Origin: Spirochaetia bacterium
GTDB lineage: Bacteria > Spirochaetota > Spirochaetia > DSM-2461
NCBI GenBank assembly: GCA_963666985.2
Contig: CAXXIA010000001.1
Span: 704,001 to 768,000, forward strand
Direction: 5' to 3'
DNA: 64,000 bases
Shown here: piece by piece, positions 48,231-57,818 of the stretch
Numbering within the stretch: the stretch's first letter is position 1
How the letters are laid out: each line of letters starts with the position of its first letter
The notes under the pieces: model-generated
Told to the model about the DNA's origin: nothing
The model's database searches: none
Seen by the model: only the letters and a program-made list of their open reading frames with translations
Program-made: the position numbers and the translations under genes

Positions 48231-49115
48231 GTGATCACAATCGATGCCCATTGCCATACGGACTGCTCGGACGGATCGGTAACCATTGAAGAGCGGATTG
48301 CAATGATTAAGCGATGCGGATTCGATGCGGGTACGATTACCGATCATGATTTCGTTTCCAGTGAGCAAATCGACATTGCCCGGAAGGCGGCGGGAAACAT
48401 GCCGTTTATTCCGGGCATTGAACTCTCGTTATCCCATGAAGGCAGGATTGTGCATATCTTGGGGTATTTCGTCGATCCGGAGAACGGGCATCTCGGTAAG
48501 CATCTTTCCGAGGTTCAGGAACATGATCGTGATCTTACCGGAAAATTAATACGGGCGGGCCGAACCGAGGGGATCCGTTTCTCTTTGTCTGATTTGGAAT
48601 CCTCTTCGCTCCATACCTTTTATTCGGGACAATTTCTCAAAAAGGCGGCTCGTGAACACTGCGGTTCCGATAGGAGGAGGCTTCGGAAACTCTTTTTTTC
48701 TCTTCTCGAAGAAACAAACTTGAGCTATCCCTCTTTTTCTCCGTGGTCCGTACGAAAGGGCATCGAACTGATTCATGCCGCGGGAGGCCTTGCGGTTCTC
48801 GCTCATCCGGGATGCGAGGAAGATCCTCTCATGAAAATCTTGGGATTTCGATGTCATAAGGCGGCCGATATCCGGTGTTATGCCGATTGGGGACTCGACG
48901 GTGTTGAAACACATACTCCCGTGCATTCCCTAAGGGAAAAAGAGATGTATTCCCAAATTGCGGAGAATCTCGGGCTGATGGTTACCGGAGGAAGCGACTG
49001 CCATGGGAATGACGATTTTCTCGGTCCCGCTTTGATGGGAGTGTATACGGACTTCCCCGAAAACGTCTTTGAAAGTTTATGGAACAAACATGAAAAACCG
49101 TCTGAAAAACGATAA
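48231..49115 (+). CDS. PHP-domain phosphoesterase (TrpH/YciV-like)
   Basis: DAHCHT.CSDG, ITDHD, IPGIELS, VHILGY, VLAHP, GGSDCHG. Confidence 0.9.
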   Translation: MITIDAHCHTDCSDGSVTIEERIAMIKRCGFDAGTITDHDFVSSEQIDIARKAAGNMPFIPGIELSLSHEGRIVHILGYFVDPENGHLGKHLSEVQEHDRDLTGKLIRAGRTEGIRFSLSDLESSSLHTFYSGQFLKKAAREHCGSDRRRLRKLFFSLLEETNLSYPSFSPWSVRKGIELIHAAGGLAVLAHPGCEEDPLMKILGFRCHKAADIRCYADWGLDGVETHTPVHSLREKEMYSQIAENLGLMVTGGSDCHGNDDFLGPALMGVYTDFPENVFESLWNKHEKPSEKR

Positions 49116-49983
49116 CGCCGCATATGCATTGTTGGCGCCGGCGATAATAATAGCCGTCCTTTTTGTTTATGCTCCTTCTCTTTATGTTTTCTTTTTGAGT
49201 TTTATGGATTGGAATCTGATCGGCAAGAATAAAGAATTCGTCGGACTGAATTGTTATATCGGCTTATTCTCTTCCGGAAGCGGGTTCGGCAATTCGATGA
49301 TCCGTACGTTGGAATACGGGGCCGTTTATTTACCCTTAAGCATGCTGATCGGTCTTGGAGTCGCTTTGCTTCTTCAGAGGATTCATGAGAAGCGGGCCGG
49401 GTTCTTCCAGGTTCTTTATTTTATTCCTTCGATTACTTCCATAGCGGTTATCTCGATTGTCTGGTCTTATTTGTACAATCCTCAAGTCGGATTTTTTAAT
49501 TCTTGTCTTTTAAAACTCGGGATTTGCGCGGATAAGCTGCCGGAATATCTGAATGATCCGAAACTGGCTCTTCCGTCCATCGGATTGATGGGGATTTGGC
49601 AGTCCTCCGGTTTCGTCATGCTTCTTGCTTATACGGGACTGCAGGGAATCTCGAAGCATTACTATGAAGCCGCCGATATTGACGGCGCATCGGCTTTTTT
49701 TCAATTTCGGAAGATTACATTGCCGATGTTGAGTCCGACTGTTTTTTTCATTGTATTTATGCTGCTCATCAATTCCTTTCAAGTGTTCGCTCCTGTAGCG
49801 ATTTTGACGAAGGGAAGACCCTTGGGAAGCACCGATGTTGTTTTGTACTACATCTACCGGTATGCGTTCCAATTCTTCAAATCCGGACCGGCCAGCGCCG
49901 CATCATGCGTTGTGTTCGCGGTGATATTTCTTTCCGTAAAACTCCAAATGAGGTTCGGAGAGCGGTCCGTGTTCTATCAATAG
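49090..49983 (+). CDS. CUT1 ABC permease (UgpA-like)
   Basis: GLQ.I...YYEAA.IDGA...FRKITLPML EAA motif. Confidence 0.92.
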   Translation: MKNRLKNDNAAYALLAPAIIIAVLFVYAPSLYVFFLSFMDWNLIGKNKEFVGLNCYIGLFSSGSGFGNSMIRTLEYGAVYLPLSMLIGLGVALLLQRIHEKRAGFFQVLYFIPSITSIAVISIVWSYLYNPQVGFFNSCLLKLGICADKLPEYLNDPKLALPSIGLMGIWQSSGFVMLLAYTGLQGISKHYYEAADIDGASAFFQFRKITLPMLSPTVFFIVFMLLINSFQVFAPVAILTKGRPLGSTDVVLYYIYRYAFQFFKSGPASAASCVVFAVIFLSVKLQMRFGERSVFYQ

Positions 49984-49995
49984 GTAATCATTCAT

Positions 49996-50826
49996 ATGAA
50001 AGTTCATTCCGTTTTTTCCCGGCGTGTTTCTCTGATTCTTTTGGTTCTGTTTGGAATCATAATCGTTTTTCCATATGTGTGGATGATTGCGACGTCTTTA
50101 AAGTCTCCCGAAGAGGTCTTTACGCCGCAGATGCGCTTGCTGCCCCGCCATTGGAGGCCCTCCAACTATTCTGATGTGTTTGCGGTCGGCTCATTCCCAA
50201 GATATATTCTGAATTCTTTTATTGTCACCGCGGCCGGTACGCTGTTGGAGTGTGCCATAGCGTTTATGGGTGCCTATGCTCTGGCCCGGCTGAATTTCAT
50301 CGGCAAAAAAGCGCTGTTTCTGCTTATTATCGGAACACTGATGATACCGCCGCATATACTCATGCTGCCTTCTTACATCATGATCAGCAGACTTCGGCTT
50401 TTGGATACGTACCTCGGACTGATCCTTCCCAGAGCCGGCGCCGCCTTCGGGATTTTTCTGCTGCGTCAGCATATGCTTACGATTCCCAACGATATCGCGG
50501 ATGCCGCGGAAATCGACGGTACGGGGCTTGGAGATATGATGCTGAAGATCTATCTGCCTTTAAGCTTTCCCGTTCTCGTCACGGTGGGGGTGTTCTCCAT
50601 GATCGGCTTTTGGAACGATTATTACTGGCCGCTTATCATTACGAGCAAAAGCGAAATGAGAACGCTTGCTCTTGGAATAAGTCACTTCAAGAGCTTGGAA
50701 GGCATGGGACAGTGGGAACTTCTGATGGCGGCCGCGACGATTGCGACTCTTCCCATGCTGATTGTTTTTTTCCTGAGCCGAAAAACGGTTATCGAGAATA
50801 TGACGACCGGTTCCGTTAAAGGTTGA
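49996..50826 (+). CDS. CUT1 ABC permease (UgpE-like)
   Basis: FLLRQ..IP...DAA.IDG, WNDYYWPLI, G.VKG end. Confidence 0.92.
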   Translation: MKVHSVFSRRVSLILLVLFGIIIVFPYVWMIATSLKSPEEVFTPQMRLLPRHWRPSNYSDVFAVGSFPRYILNSFIVTAAGTLLECAIAFMGAYALARLNFIGKKALFLLIIGTLMIPPHILMLPSYIMISRLRLLDTYLGLILPRAGAAFGIFLLRQHMLTIPNDIADAAEIDGTGLGDMMLKIYLPLSFPVLVTVGVFSMIGFWNDYYWPLIITSKSEMRTLALGISHFKSLEGMGQWELLMAAATIATLPMLIVFFLSRKTVIENMTTGSVKG

Positions 50827-51002
50827 ATAAACCGAAAGAATAAGGCCCTTTGAGCGGAGAGCCGTACAATTGCCTTTAAAGAAGAGAAAACTCGACATTC
50901 GGCCTGTTTTAAAATATCCCCTCTCGACAGTCGTGATGATTTTCCTCATCATTTTGAAAACGAACCGCCGCCGAAAGGCGGCCTCTTTGAGGAGATTTCA
51001 CC

Positions 51003-52523
51003 ATGGCACGAGCACTCTTAAGCGTTTATGACAAAACCGGAATAGTCGAATTCGCCCGATTCCTCATTGGTAAAGGTCTTTCGCTCCTTTCAACAGGCGG
51101 AACGTATAAAACACTTAAAGACGCGGGTTTGGCTGTTACCGAAGTCTCGGAATACACCGGAGCGGATGAAATTTTGGACGGAAGAGTGAAGACTCTTCAT
51201 CCGAAGATTCACGGAGGCCTTTTGGCTCGGCGGGATGATGAGAGTCATTTGGCGGCTATGGCGGAACGGAGCATCGAACCCATCGATGTCGTGGCGGTAA
51301 ATCTCTATCCGTTCTTCGAAAAATCCGGTGCGGGATTGGAACTGTCGGAACTCGTGGAATTTATTGATATAGGCGGACCGACGATGATTCGCGCCGCGGC
51401 AAAGAATTACGCTCATGTCGCGGTCCTTTCCAGTCCCGATGACTACGCTCCTGTTATGGAAGAATGGAATTCGAAAGGGAACCTTTGTGAAGAAACGAGA
51501 AAGCGCCTGGCCGGTCGGGTTTTTTCACTTACAGGCGCCTATGATTCGGCCGTTGCGCGGAGTCTTCTCGGAGACGAGGAACCTCTCGGATGGCTGAATT
51601 GTTCGTATAAAAAAGCTTTATCTCTTCGATACGGTGAGAATCCGCATCAACGAGCGGCATGGTATATCCCCACATCCTCCGCGTCTTTCGGCGCTTTGAG
51701 CGATTTTGAGCAGCATCAGGGAAAGGCGCTGAGTTTCAACAATTTGCGCGATCTGGACGGCGCGTGGAGAACGGTGAGTGAATTTACGGAAATCGCCTGT
51801 GCCGGCGTGAAACACGCCGCTCCCTGCGGAGTTGCTCTGGGCTCATCGCCGCTGGAGGCTTGGGAAAGGGCCAGGGATGCCGATCCGGTATCCATCTACG
51901 GCGGCATCGCCGCTTTCAACAGAACAGTTGACTCCTCAACGGCATCATCACTCTGCGGACTGTTCCTGGAGGTTATCGCCGCCCCGGGATTCGATGAGGA
52001 TGCCCTGGAAATCTTTTCCAAAAAGAAAAACCTTCGGGTTCTGACGATGAAACGGCCGCCCTCCGACCGCTGGGAAGCTCTGCCTGTGGACGGAGGAATC
52101 TGTCTTCAGGAGGTGGACCGCGGATTCGCCGCCGAATCCGAATGGAGCGTTCCTACGAAAGCGGCGCCGACTCCGGAACAAATGAAAGATTTATCTTTCG
52201 CATGGCGCGTGGTAAAGCATGTGAAGTCCAACGGCATCGCTTTGGCATCCGGATCGGCCACTTTGGGAATCGGTACGGGCCAGCCGAATAGAGTCGGCGC
52301 CGTAAAGATCGCCATTGAAGCCGCGGGAGAACAGGCGCGGGGCGCCGTTCTCGCCTCGGATGCTTTTTTCCCGTTTGATGATGCCGTAAAGGCTTCATCC
52401 GCGGCCGGAATTACGGCGATTATTCAGCCCGGAGGCTCCGTGCGGGACGCGGATTCCATTAAGGCCTGTGATGAAGCGGGAATCGCCATGGTGTTTACCG
52501 GCAGGCGGCATTTCAGGCATTAA
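51003..52523 (+). CDS. purH: Bifunctional AICAR transformylase / IMP cyclohydrolase
   Basis: [47 protein letters not shown]. Confidence 0.97.
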   Translation: MARALLSVYDKTGIVEFARFLIGKGLSLLSTGGTYKTLKDAGLAVTEVSEYTGADEILDGRVKTLHPKIHGGLLARRDDESHLAAMAERSIEPIDVVAVNLYPFFEKSGAGLELSELVEFIDIGGPTMIRAAAKNYAHVAVLSSPDDYAPVMEEWNSKGNLCEETRKRLAGRVFSLTGAYDSAVARSLLGDEEPLGWLNCSYKKALSLRYGENPHQRAAWYIPTSSASFGALSDFEQHQGKALSFNNLRDLDGAWRTVSEFTEIACAGVKHAAPCGVALGSSPLEAWERARDADPVSIYGGIAAFNRTVDSSTASSLCGLFLEVIAAPGFDEDALEIFSKKKNLRVLTMKRPPSDRWEALPVDGGICLQEVDRGFAAESEWSVPTKAAPTPEQMKDLSFAWRVVKHVKSNGIALASGSATLGIGTGQPNRVGAVKIAIEAAGEQARGAVLASDAFFPFDDAVKASSAAGITAIIQPGGSVRDADSIKACDEAGIAMVFTGRRHFRH

Positions 52524-52622
52524 GCTTCCGCCGAATAAATGCCGCCGGTCATAACCGAACGGACTTATGGCGAGTTCGGCGCGCGGCTCCGGGCGGATAT
52601 TGGAATATTTGTAAAAAAGGAC

Positions 52623-52839
52623 CGGCAATTCTCATTTTTGGCGCCTCCCCGGCCTCTGGCCGGGCCGGGCTATCCGGGGGTACCGTCTAAACGTTTTGCC
52701 CGTTTAGACCGCTTCGCGCCCCTCCTATCCCTGACGCAGGTGAGAGCCGCGACCAAGTTTACTTGGGTATGGCCGAACCAAGGCAAGGGAAATACCGCGG
52801 GTATTATCCCTGACGCTTTTTCTAAAATGAGAATTGCTG
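52623..52839. mobile_element. 217-bp non-autonomous MITE
   Basis: Terminal inverted repeats CGGCAATTCTCATTTTTG / CTAAAATGAGAATTGCTG (16/18 match); flanks AAAAAGGAC and AAAAAGAAC (8/9, putative 9-bp target duplication); no transposase. Confidence 0.72.
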
Positions 52840-52974
52840 AAAAAGAACTCTTGAAGAATCGGCCGAACCTTTCCTAATCTTTCCGAAGATGAGGTCCTTT
52901 TTCGCGTGCCGACGGCCTTTGCGTTCTTATAGCCCGTTGGCCGAATTGCACCGCACCGGATATACTCAACGCCG

Positions 52975-54240
52975 ATGAGAAAAAAAGTCCTCGTAATCGG
53001 TTCGGGAGGTCGGGAACACGCATTGGTCCGTGTTCTTTCGGAAAGTTCCCGTGTTTCCTCCATTATTTGTTCTCCGGGAAATGCGGGCACGGCCATGATT
53101 CCCGGATGTCGAAATCTTACGGCCGACGGTAATAAAGCAATCGTTTCACTGGCTCGGAATGAATCCGTCGATCTTGTTGTTCCCGGCCCGGAGGCTCCTT
53201 TGGCGGCCGGATTGGTGGATGAATTGGCGGCGGCGGGGATAACCGCGTTCGGTCCGAAAGCGTCTTCGGCGAGACTTGAATCTTCCAAAGGATTCGCCAA
53301 GGACTTCATGGCCCGTAACGGTGTTGCCACGGCGGCCTATGCCCGTTATGCGAATCCCGATGAGGCGAAGGCCGAGATTGACCGATTCGGTTTTCCCGTA
53401 GTGGTGAAGGCCGACGGATTGGCCGCGGGGAAGGGCGTTCTTATTTGCGCCGACCGCTCCGAGGCCGAGGCTGCCGTTGACTCGGTCATGGTCCGGCGGG
53501 ATTTCGGGGATGCCGGAGCGCAAATCGTCCTTGAAGAATGCCTTAACGGATGGGAAACATCGATTATCGGTCTCATCGACGGAAAAACCTTTCTTCCTTT
53601 TCTGCCCGCGAAGGATCATAAGAGGGCCGGAAACGGCGACACGGGACCGAATACCGGCGGGATGGGCGTTATAGCCCCTCATCCTCTGGTGAACGAAGAT
53701 GTAACGGCGGATATTGAGAAAAACATTATCATTCCGACAATGGAAGGTTTGGAAAAGGACGGATTGGGATACTCCGGATTTCTTTTTATCGGAGTCATGG
53801 TTACCGGAAGCGGAGCCAAGGTTTTGGAATACAATGTCCGCTTGGGTGATCCCGAAGCTCAAGCTTTACTGCCTCTTTTCGATGGGGATTTCTTAATTCC
53901 GATCGAGTCGGCTCTCTCGGGCCGTCTTGAGGAAATCAGGCCCGGCTGGAGAGGCGGCGCGTCCTGCTGCATCGTCGTCGCTTCCGGAGGATATCCGGGG
54001 TCCTATCAAACCGGTTTCGCCATATCGGGAATGGATGAAGCGGAGAACGAGGGAGCCCTTGTCTATTGTGCCGGTGTTCAATCCGATCATAAAGGAACAC
54101 TTCTCAGCTCCGGCGGAAGAGTGTTGGGGGTTACATCCCTCGGAAAAACTCTCGATGAAGCCGGAAAAGCGGCATACGAAGCCGTTGAAAAAATCCGATT
54201 TGAAGGAAGTTGGTACCGCTCTGATATAGGAACTGCATAA
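52975..54240 (+). CDS. purD: Phosphoribosylamine-glycine ligase
   Basis: GSGGREHAL, GPEAPL, KADGLAAGKGV, DHKR..GDTGPNTGGMG, GGRVL. Confidence 0.97.
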   Translation: MRKKVLVIGSGGREHALVRVLSESSRVSSIICSPGNAGTAMIPGCRNLTADGNKAIVSLARNESVDLVVPGPEAPLAAGLVDELAAAGITAFGPKASSARLESSKGFAKDFMARNGVATAAYARYANPDEAKAEIDRFGFPVVVKADGLAAGKGVLICADRSEAEAAVDSVMVRRDFGDAGAQIVLEECLNGWETSIIGLIDGKTFLPFLPAKDHKRAGNGDTGPNTGGMGVIAPHPLVNEDVTADIEKNIIIPTMEGLEKDGLGYSGFLFIGVMVTGSGAKVLEYNVRLGDPEAQALLPLFDGDFLIPIESALSGRLEEIRPGWRGGASCCIVVASGGYPGSYQTGFAISGMDEAENEGALVYCAGVQSDHKGTLLSSGGRVLGVTSLGKTLDEAGKAAYEAVEKIRFEGSWYRSDIGTA

Positions 54241-54289
54241 TACCGAATTCAGGAGAAACGTATTTTAATCAAACGTTGGAGGAATCCAG

Positions 54290-55315
54290 ATGTCCAGACC
54301 CGGCTTTCGAAATCTGATTGATTTGCTCAAGAAAGCTCCGGATGAAGTCTTCATTCAGCCGCACAATGTTCCGGATCCGGATGCCATAGCGGCAAGCTAT
54401 GGACTCCAAGTCCTTCTGGAGAAGTTTGATATTCCGACGCTCATCGTCTTCGACCAGGTACTGGCCAAGGCCAATAGTCTTCGAATGCTGGATATTTTTG
54501 GGATTCAAATGAAGAAGCCTGAGGAGGTGGCCACTCTCGGCGCCGAGGATTGGGCCGTTCTGGTCGACGTCCAAAAAGAGAATGCGAATCTTACCGATCT
54601 GATAACGGATGAGGTGGCCTGCATTGACCATCATAACGACAACGGATTTGACGATTACCGGTATAAAGATGTGCGTTCGGAATACGGAGCCTGTTCCACC
54701 ATTATCGAATCCTATTGGAATGAAGTCGGACTGACGCCGCCGACATCGGTGGCGACCGCCCTTGTCTACGGAATCCGGAGCGATACGGACGGCTTAAGCC
54801 GGGGCGTAAGCATTCAGGACATCGAAGCGTATTACCGTCTTTATCCCGAAGCCGACATGTCGCGAATTACGGAACTTGATTCCAACAGCATTAAACTTTC
54901 GGTTCTGAAGAATTATTCAAAGGCCTTCGATACGGTAGAAGTGTACGGAAAGGTCGGTTTTTTAAGCCTGGAAAGCAACGACGATTCGCTTCTCGGATCG
55001 GCCGGCGATACTTTGCTGTCCGTGGAAAACGTGGATGTCGTTGTCGCATACGCCATACGTGATAATGGTTTGAAGTATTCCATAAGAAGCATTGATCAGA
55101 ATATTCCGGCCGACCGGCTTGTGCGATTCATTGTTTCGGGACTCGGAGTCGGAGGCGGGCATGCGACGATGGCGGGAGGGTTCATTCCCGCCGAGAAATT
55201 CCCCGCCGATAAATCCTACGGAACATTCACCCGTGTGCGCACCATAGGATTTGTCGAACGGAACGGGAAGGATGATTCAATCAGTCAGTCCGTAGAAAAA
55301 AAAGCGGCCGTTTGA
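54290..55315 (+). CDS. DHH/DHHA1 phosphoesterase (NrnA/DhhP-like)
   Basis: H..PDPDAI, IDHH, GIRSDT, GGGHATMAGG. Confidence 0.9.
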   Translation: MSRPGFRNLIDLLKKAPDEVFIQPHNVPDPDAIAASYGLQVLLEKFDIPTLIVFDQVLAKANSLRMLDIFGIQMKKPEEVATLGAEDWAVLVDVQKENANLTDLITDEVACIDHHNDNGFDDYRYKDVRSEYGACSTIIESYWNEVGLTPPTSVATALVYGIRSDTDGLSRGVSIQDIEAYYRLYPEADMSRITELDSNSIKLSVLKNYSKAFDTVEVYGKVGFLSLESNDDSLLGSAGDTLLSVENVDVVVAYAIRDNGLKYSIRSIDQNIPADRLVRFIVSGLGVGGGHATMAGGFIPAEKFPADKSYGTFTRVRTIGFVERNGKDDSISQSVEKKAAV

Positions 55316-55362
55316 TATGACCGCTTTGCCGCAGCTATGAAGTCGTTTTTTCCCTCACCTTG

Positions 55363-56358
55363 TTACCATAGATGATGAACAAGAGGTTTGATTCTTGTTT
55401 CATAAACGGCATTGATCGCGTTTTTCTTTTCTTGGCTCATCGGCGAGAGCGCTGCGGCCGAAAGGTTTGAAGCCAAGTGCTCCGGCTTGGAAGCGCCGGG
55501 AATGATGGTTGAAACCTGCGGATAATCCAGAATCCAGCGCAGTGCGATCGGAGCCAGGTTGTTTTCTTCCGGAAAGAGCTTTTTTATGTCCTCAACGGCG
55601 TCCAGCCCCGTTTCGAAAGGAATCCCCGAGAAGGTTTCACCTTTATCGAAAGCCGCGCCTTCGCGGTTAAAGCTTCGGTGATCCTGCGGAGCGAATTCTG
55701 TTTTACGGGAATAACGGCCGGTTAAAAGGCCGCTTGCCAACGGAACGCGGACGATAATACCCACATTCCGGCGCTCGGCTTCCTTGAAGAAGAGTTCCGC
55801 CGGTCTTTGACGAAACATGTTGAAGATTATTTGAACCGTCGTTACATTCGGATATTCGATCGCTTTCAGGGCTTCTTCCACTTTTTCAACGCTGACGCCG
55901 AGGTTGAGGATTTTGCCTTCTTCCTTCAGACGGTCGAAAAGCTCGAATATTTCCGGTCTGTAGAAAACCGCTGTGGGCGGACAGTGGAGCTGAATAAGGT
56001 CCAGAGCTTCAAAACCGGTATTCTTCAGGCTCCGTTCGACATAGCCGCGCAAAGCCTCGGGTGTATAGCCTTCGTTTACATGCGGATCAATAAAACGGCC
56101 GCATTTCGTGGCGACATAAATCCGTTCACTTCGCCGTCGGACCACGCGACCGACAGCGGCTTCACTTCGGCGGTTTTCGTACACGTCGGCGGTGTCGATG
56201 AAGTTCACCCCCGAATCGATTGCATCTTCAAGAATCGATTCGGCCAATGTGTCGTCGAAACCGCTTCCCCATTTCCCGCCGACCTGCCAGGTGCCGAGAG
56301 ATATTTCGGATATGCCGAAGCCTGTTTTGCCCAATATTCTTTTTTTCATATCGTTCAT
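55363..56358 (-). CDS. Aldo/keto reductase
   Basis: LGTWQ.GG, DTADVY, ATKCG, DLIQLH, IPGAS. Confidence 0.93.
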   Translation of the reverse strand: MNDMKKRILGKTGFGISEISLGTWQVGGKWGSGFDDTLAESILEDAIDSGVNFIDTADVYENRRSEAAVGRVVRRRSERIYVATKCGRFIDPHVNEGYTPEALRGYVERSLKNTGFEALDLIQLHCPPTAVFYRPEIFELFDRLKEEGKILNLGVSVEKVEEALKAIEYPNVTTVQIIFNMFRQRPAELFFKEAERRNVGIIVRVPLASGLLTGRYSRKTEFAPQDHRSFNREGAAFDKGETFSGIPFETGLDAVEDIKKLFPEENNLAPIALRWILDYPQVSTIIPGASKPEHLASNLSAAALSPMSQEKKNAINAVYETRIKPLVHHLW

Positions 56359-56371
56359 TGTATCCGAATCC

Positions 56372-57796
56372 TCACGATATTTTCGATTTTCTTGACGGCA
56401 GAGCGTCGGTGATGGTTCCCGCGGCCGATTCCGCGGCGAATGCCAGTGTTTCGGCGAAAGTAGGATGTGCGTGGACCGTGCCGCCGATGTCCTCCGCGTC
56501 GGCGCCCATTTCGATGGCCAAGGCGGCTTCCGCGATCAGATCGCCGGCGCGGGCGCCGACAATACCGGCGCCGATGATTCGGCCGCTCCCCGTGTCGAAG
56601 AGCGCTTTGGTTGTTCCGTAATCCTTATCAGCCGAGAGGGCCCGGCCGCTGGCACCCCAAGGGAAGGAGCCTTTTTCATAGGAGACACCTTCGGACTTCG
56701 CTTGTTTTTCGGTATAGCCGACCCAGGCGATTTCCGGGTCCGTATACGCCACCGAAGGGATGCTCATGGGAGTAAAGGCGCTCTTCAGGCCTGATGCGGA
56801 TTCGGCCGCCGTTTTCCCTTCGTGTACGGCTTTATGCGCAAGCATGGGATTCCCCACCGCATCACCGACGGCATGGATTCCCGGTACATCGGTTTCCATT
56901 CTTTCATTTACTTGAATGAATCCTTTCCCGTCCGTCTTTACGCCGATGTCCTCAAATCCCATATCGGCCGTGTTCGGGCGGCGGCCTACAGCTACCAAAA
57001 GAGCATCCGCTTCAATTGAGGCCGGAGCTTTCTCTCCTTCCAGTGAGATTTTCAAAGAGTGTTTTCCGGCCTCAACTCCCGTGAGTTTTGTGGAGGTGAG
57101 GACGGCTTCATAGGTTTTTTTAAGCTTGGCCGCCAGAGGACGCACCAGATCGGCATCCGCGGCGGGGATAATCTGGCCGAGCATTTCGATGATGGTTACT
57201 TTGGAGCCCAGCGAGGCATAGACTTGAGCCATTTCAAGTCCGATAATACCGCCGCCGAGTACCGCCAGCCGTGCGGGAATAAAGGGAAGGGCGAGCGCAT
57301 CGGCGGAATCCCAAATCCTTGCGTCTTTGGGGAGAAAGGGCAATTCCATCGGAGAAGAACCGACGGCGATAATCGCTTTCTCAAAGGCAACGGAGGTTAT
57401 GCCGCCTTCACCCTCAACCACAAGAAGTCTTTTTCCCGTGAAGCGGCCGAAACCGCGGAGAATCTCAACTTTTCTGGCTTTAGCCAATCCGGCCAGTCCG
57501 CCGGTGAGCTTTGTCACAATATCCGCTTTTTTTTCCCGGAGCTTCTCTATGTTAATCTCAGGCGCGGAGTACTTCAGGCCATAGGCTTCCGCCTCACGCG
57601 CCTCGGCAATCACTTCCGCCGCGTGGAGCAGTGTTTTGGAAGGAATGCATCCCTCGTTAAGGCATACGCCGCCTATACGTTCTTCCTTTTCGATCAGAAC
57701 AACCTGTTTGCCGAGATCGGCCGCACGGAATGCCGCCGTGTAGCCGCCGGGACCTCCGCCGAGAACCGCAACATCACACGTGATTGTTTTAGACAT
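56372..57796 (-). CDS. lpdA: Dihydrolipoamide dehydrogenase (E3)
   Basis: GGGPGG, GGVCLNEGCIPSK, GGGIIGLE, HPTFAE. Confidence 0.96.
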   Translation of the reverse strand: MSKTITCDVAVLGGGPGGYTAAFRAADLGKQVVLIEKEERIGGVCLNEGCIPSKTLLHAAEVIAEAREAEAYGLKYSAPEINIEKLREKKADIVTKLTGGLAGLAKARKVEILRGFGRFTGKRLLVVEGEGGITSVAFEKAIIAVGSSPMELPFLPKDARIWDSADALALPFIPARLAVLGGGIIGLEMAQVYASLGSKVTIIEMLGQIIPAADADLVRPLAAKLKKTYEAVLTSTKLTGVEAGKHSLKISLEGEKAPASIEADALLVAVGRRPNTADMGFEDIGVKTDGKGFIQVNERMETDVPGIHAVGDAVGNPMLAHKAVHEGKTAAESASGLKSAFTPMSIPSVAYTDPEIAWVGYTEKQAKSEGVSYEKGSFPWGASGRALSADKDYGTTKALFDTGSGRIIGAGIVGARAGDLIAEAALAIEMGADAEDIGGTVHAHPTFAETLAFAAESAAGTITDALPSRKSKIS

Positions 57797-57818
57797 ACGT
57801 TTCTCCTTCGGCCGCCGC

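Noticed and set aside
50827..51002. Possible ZTP or PRPP riboswitch before purH (the purM leader was also inspected)
   Set aside because: Only a GCCGCC-GAAA-GGCGGC hairpin is present; conserved pfl and ykkC motifs were not seen.
52539..52877. 112-aa ORF between purH and purD
   Set aside because: Runs across the MITE and its hairpins; no protein-like features.
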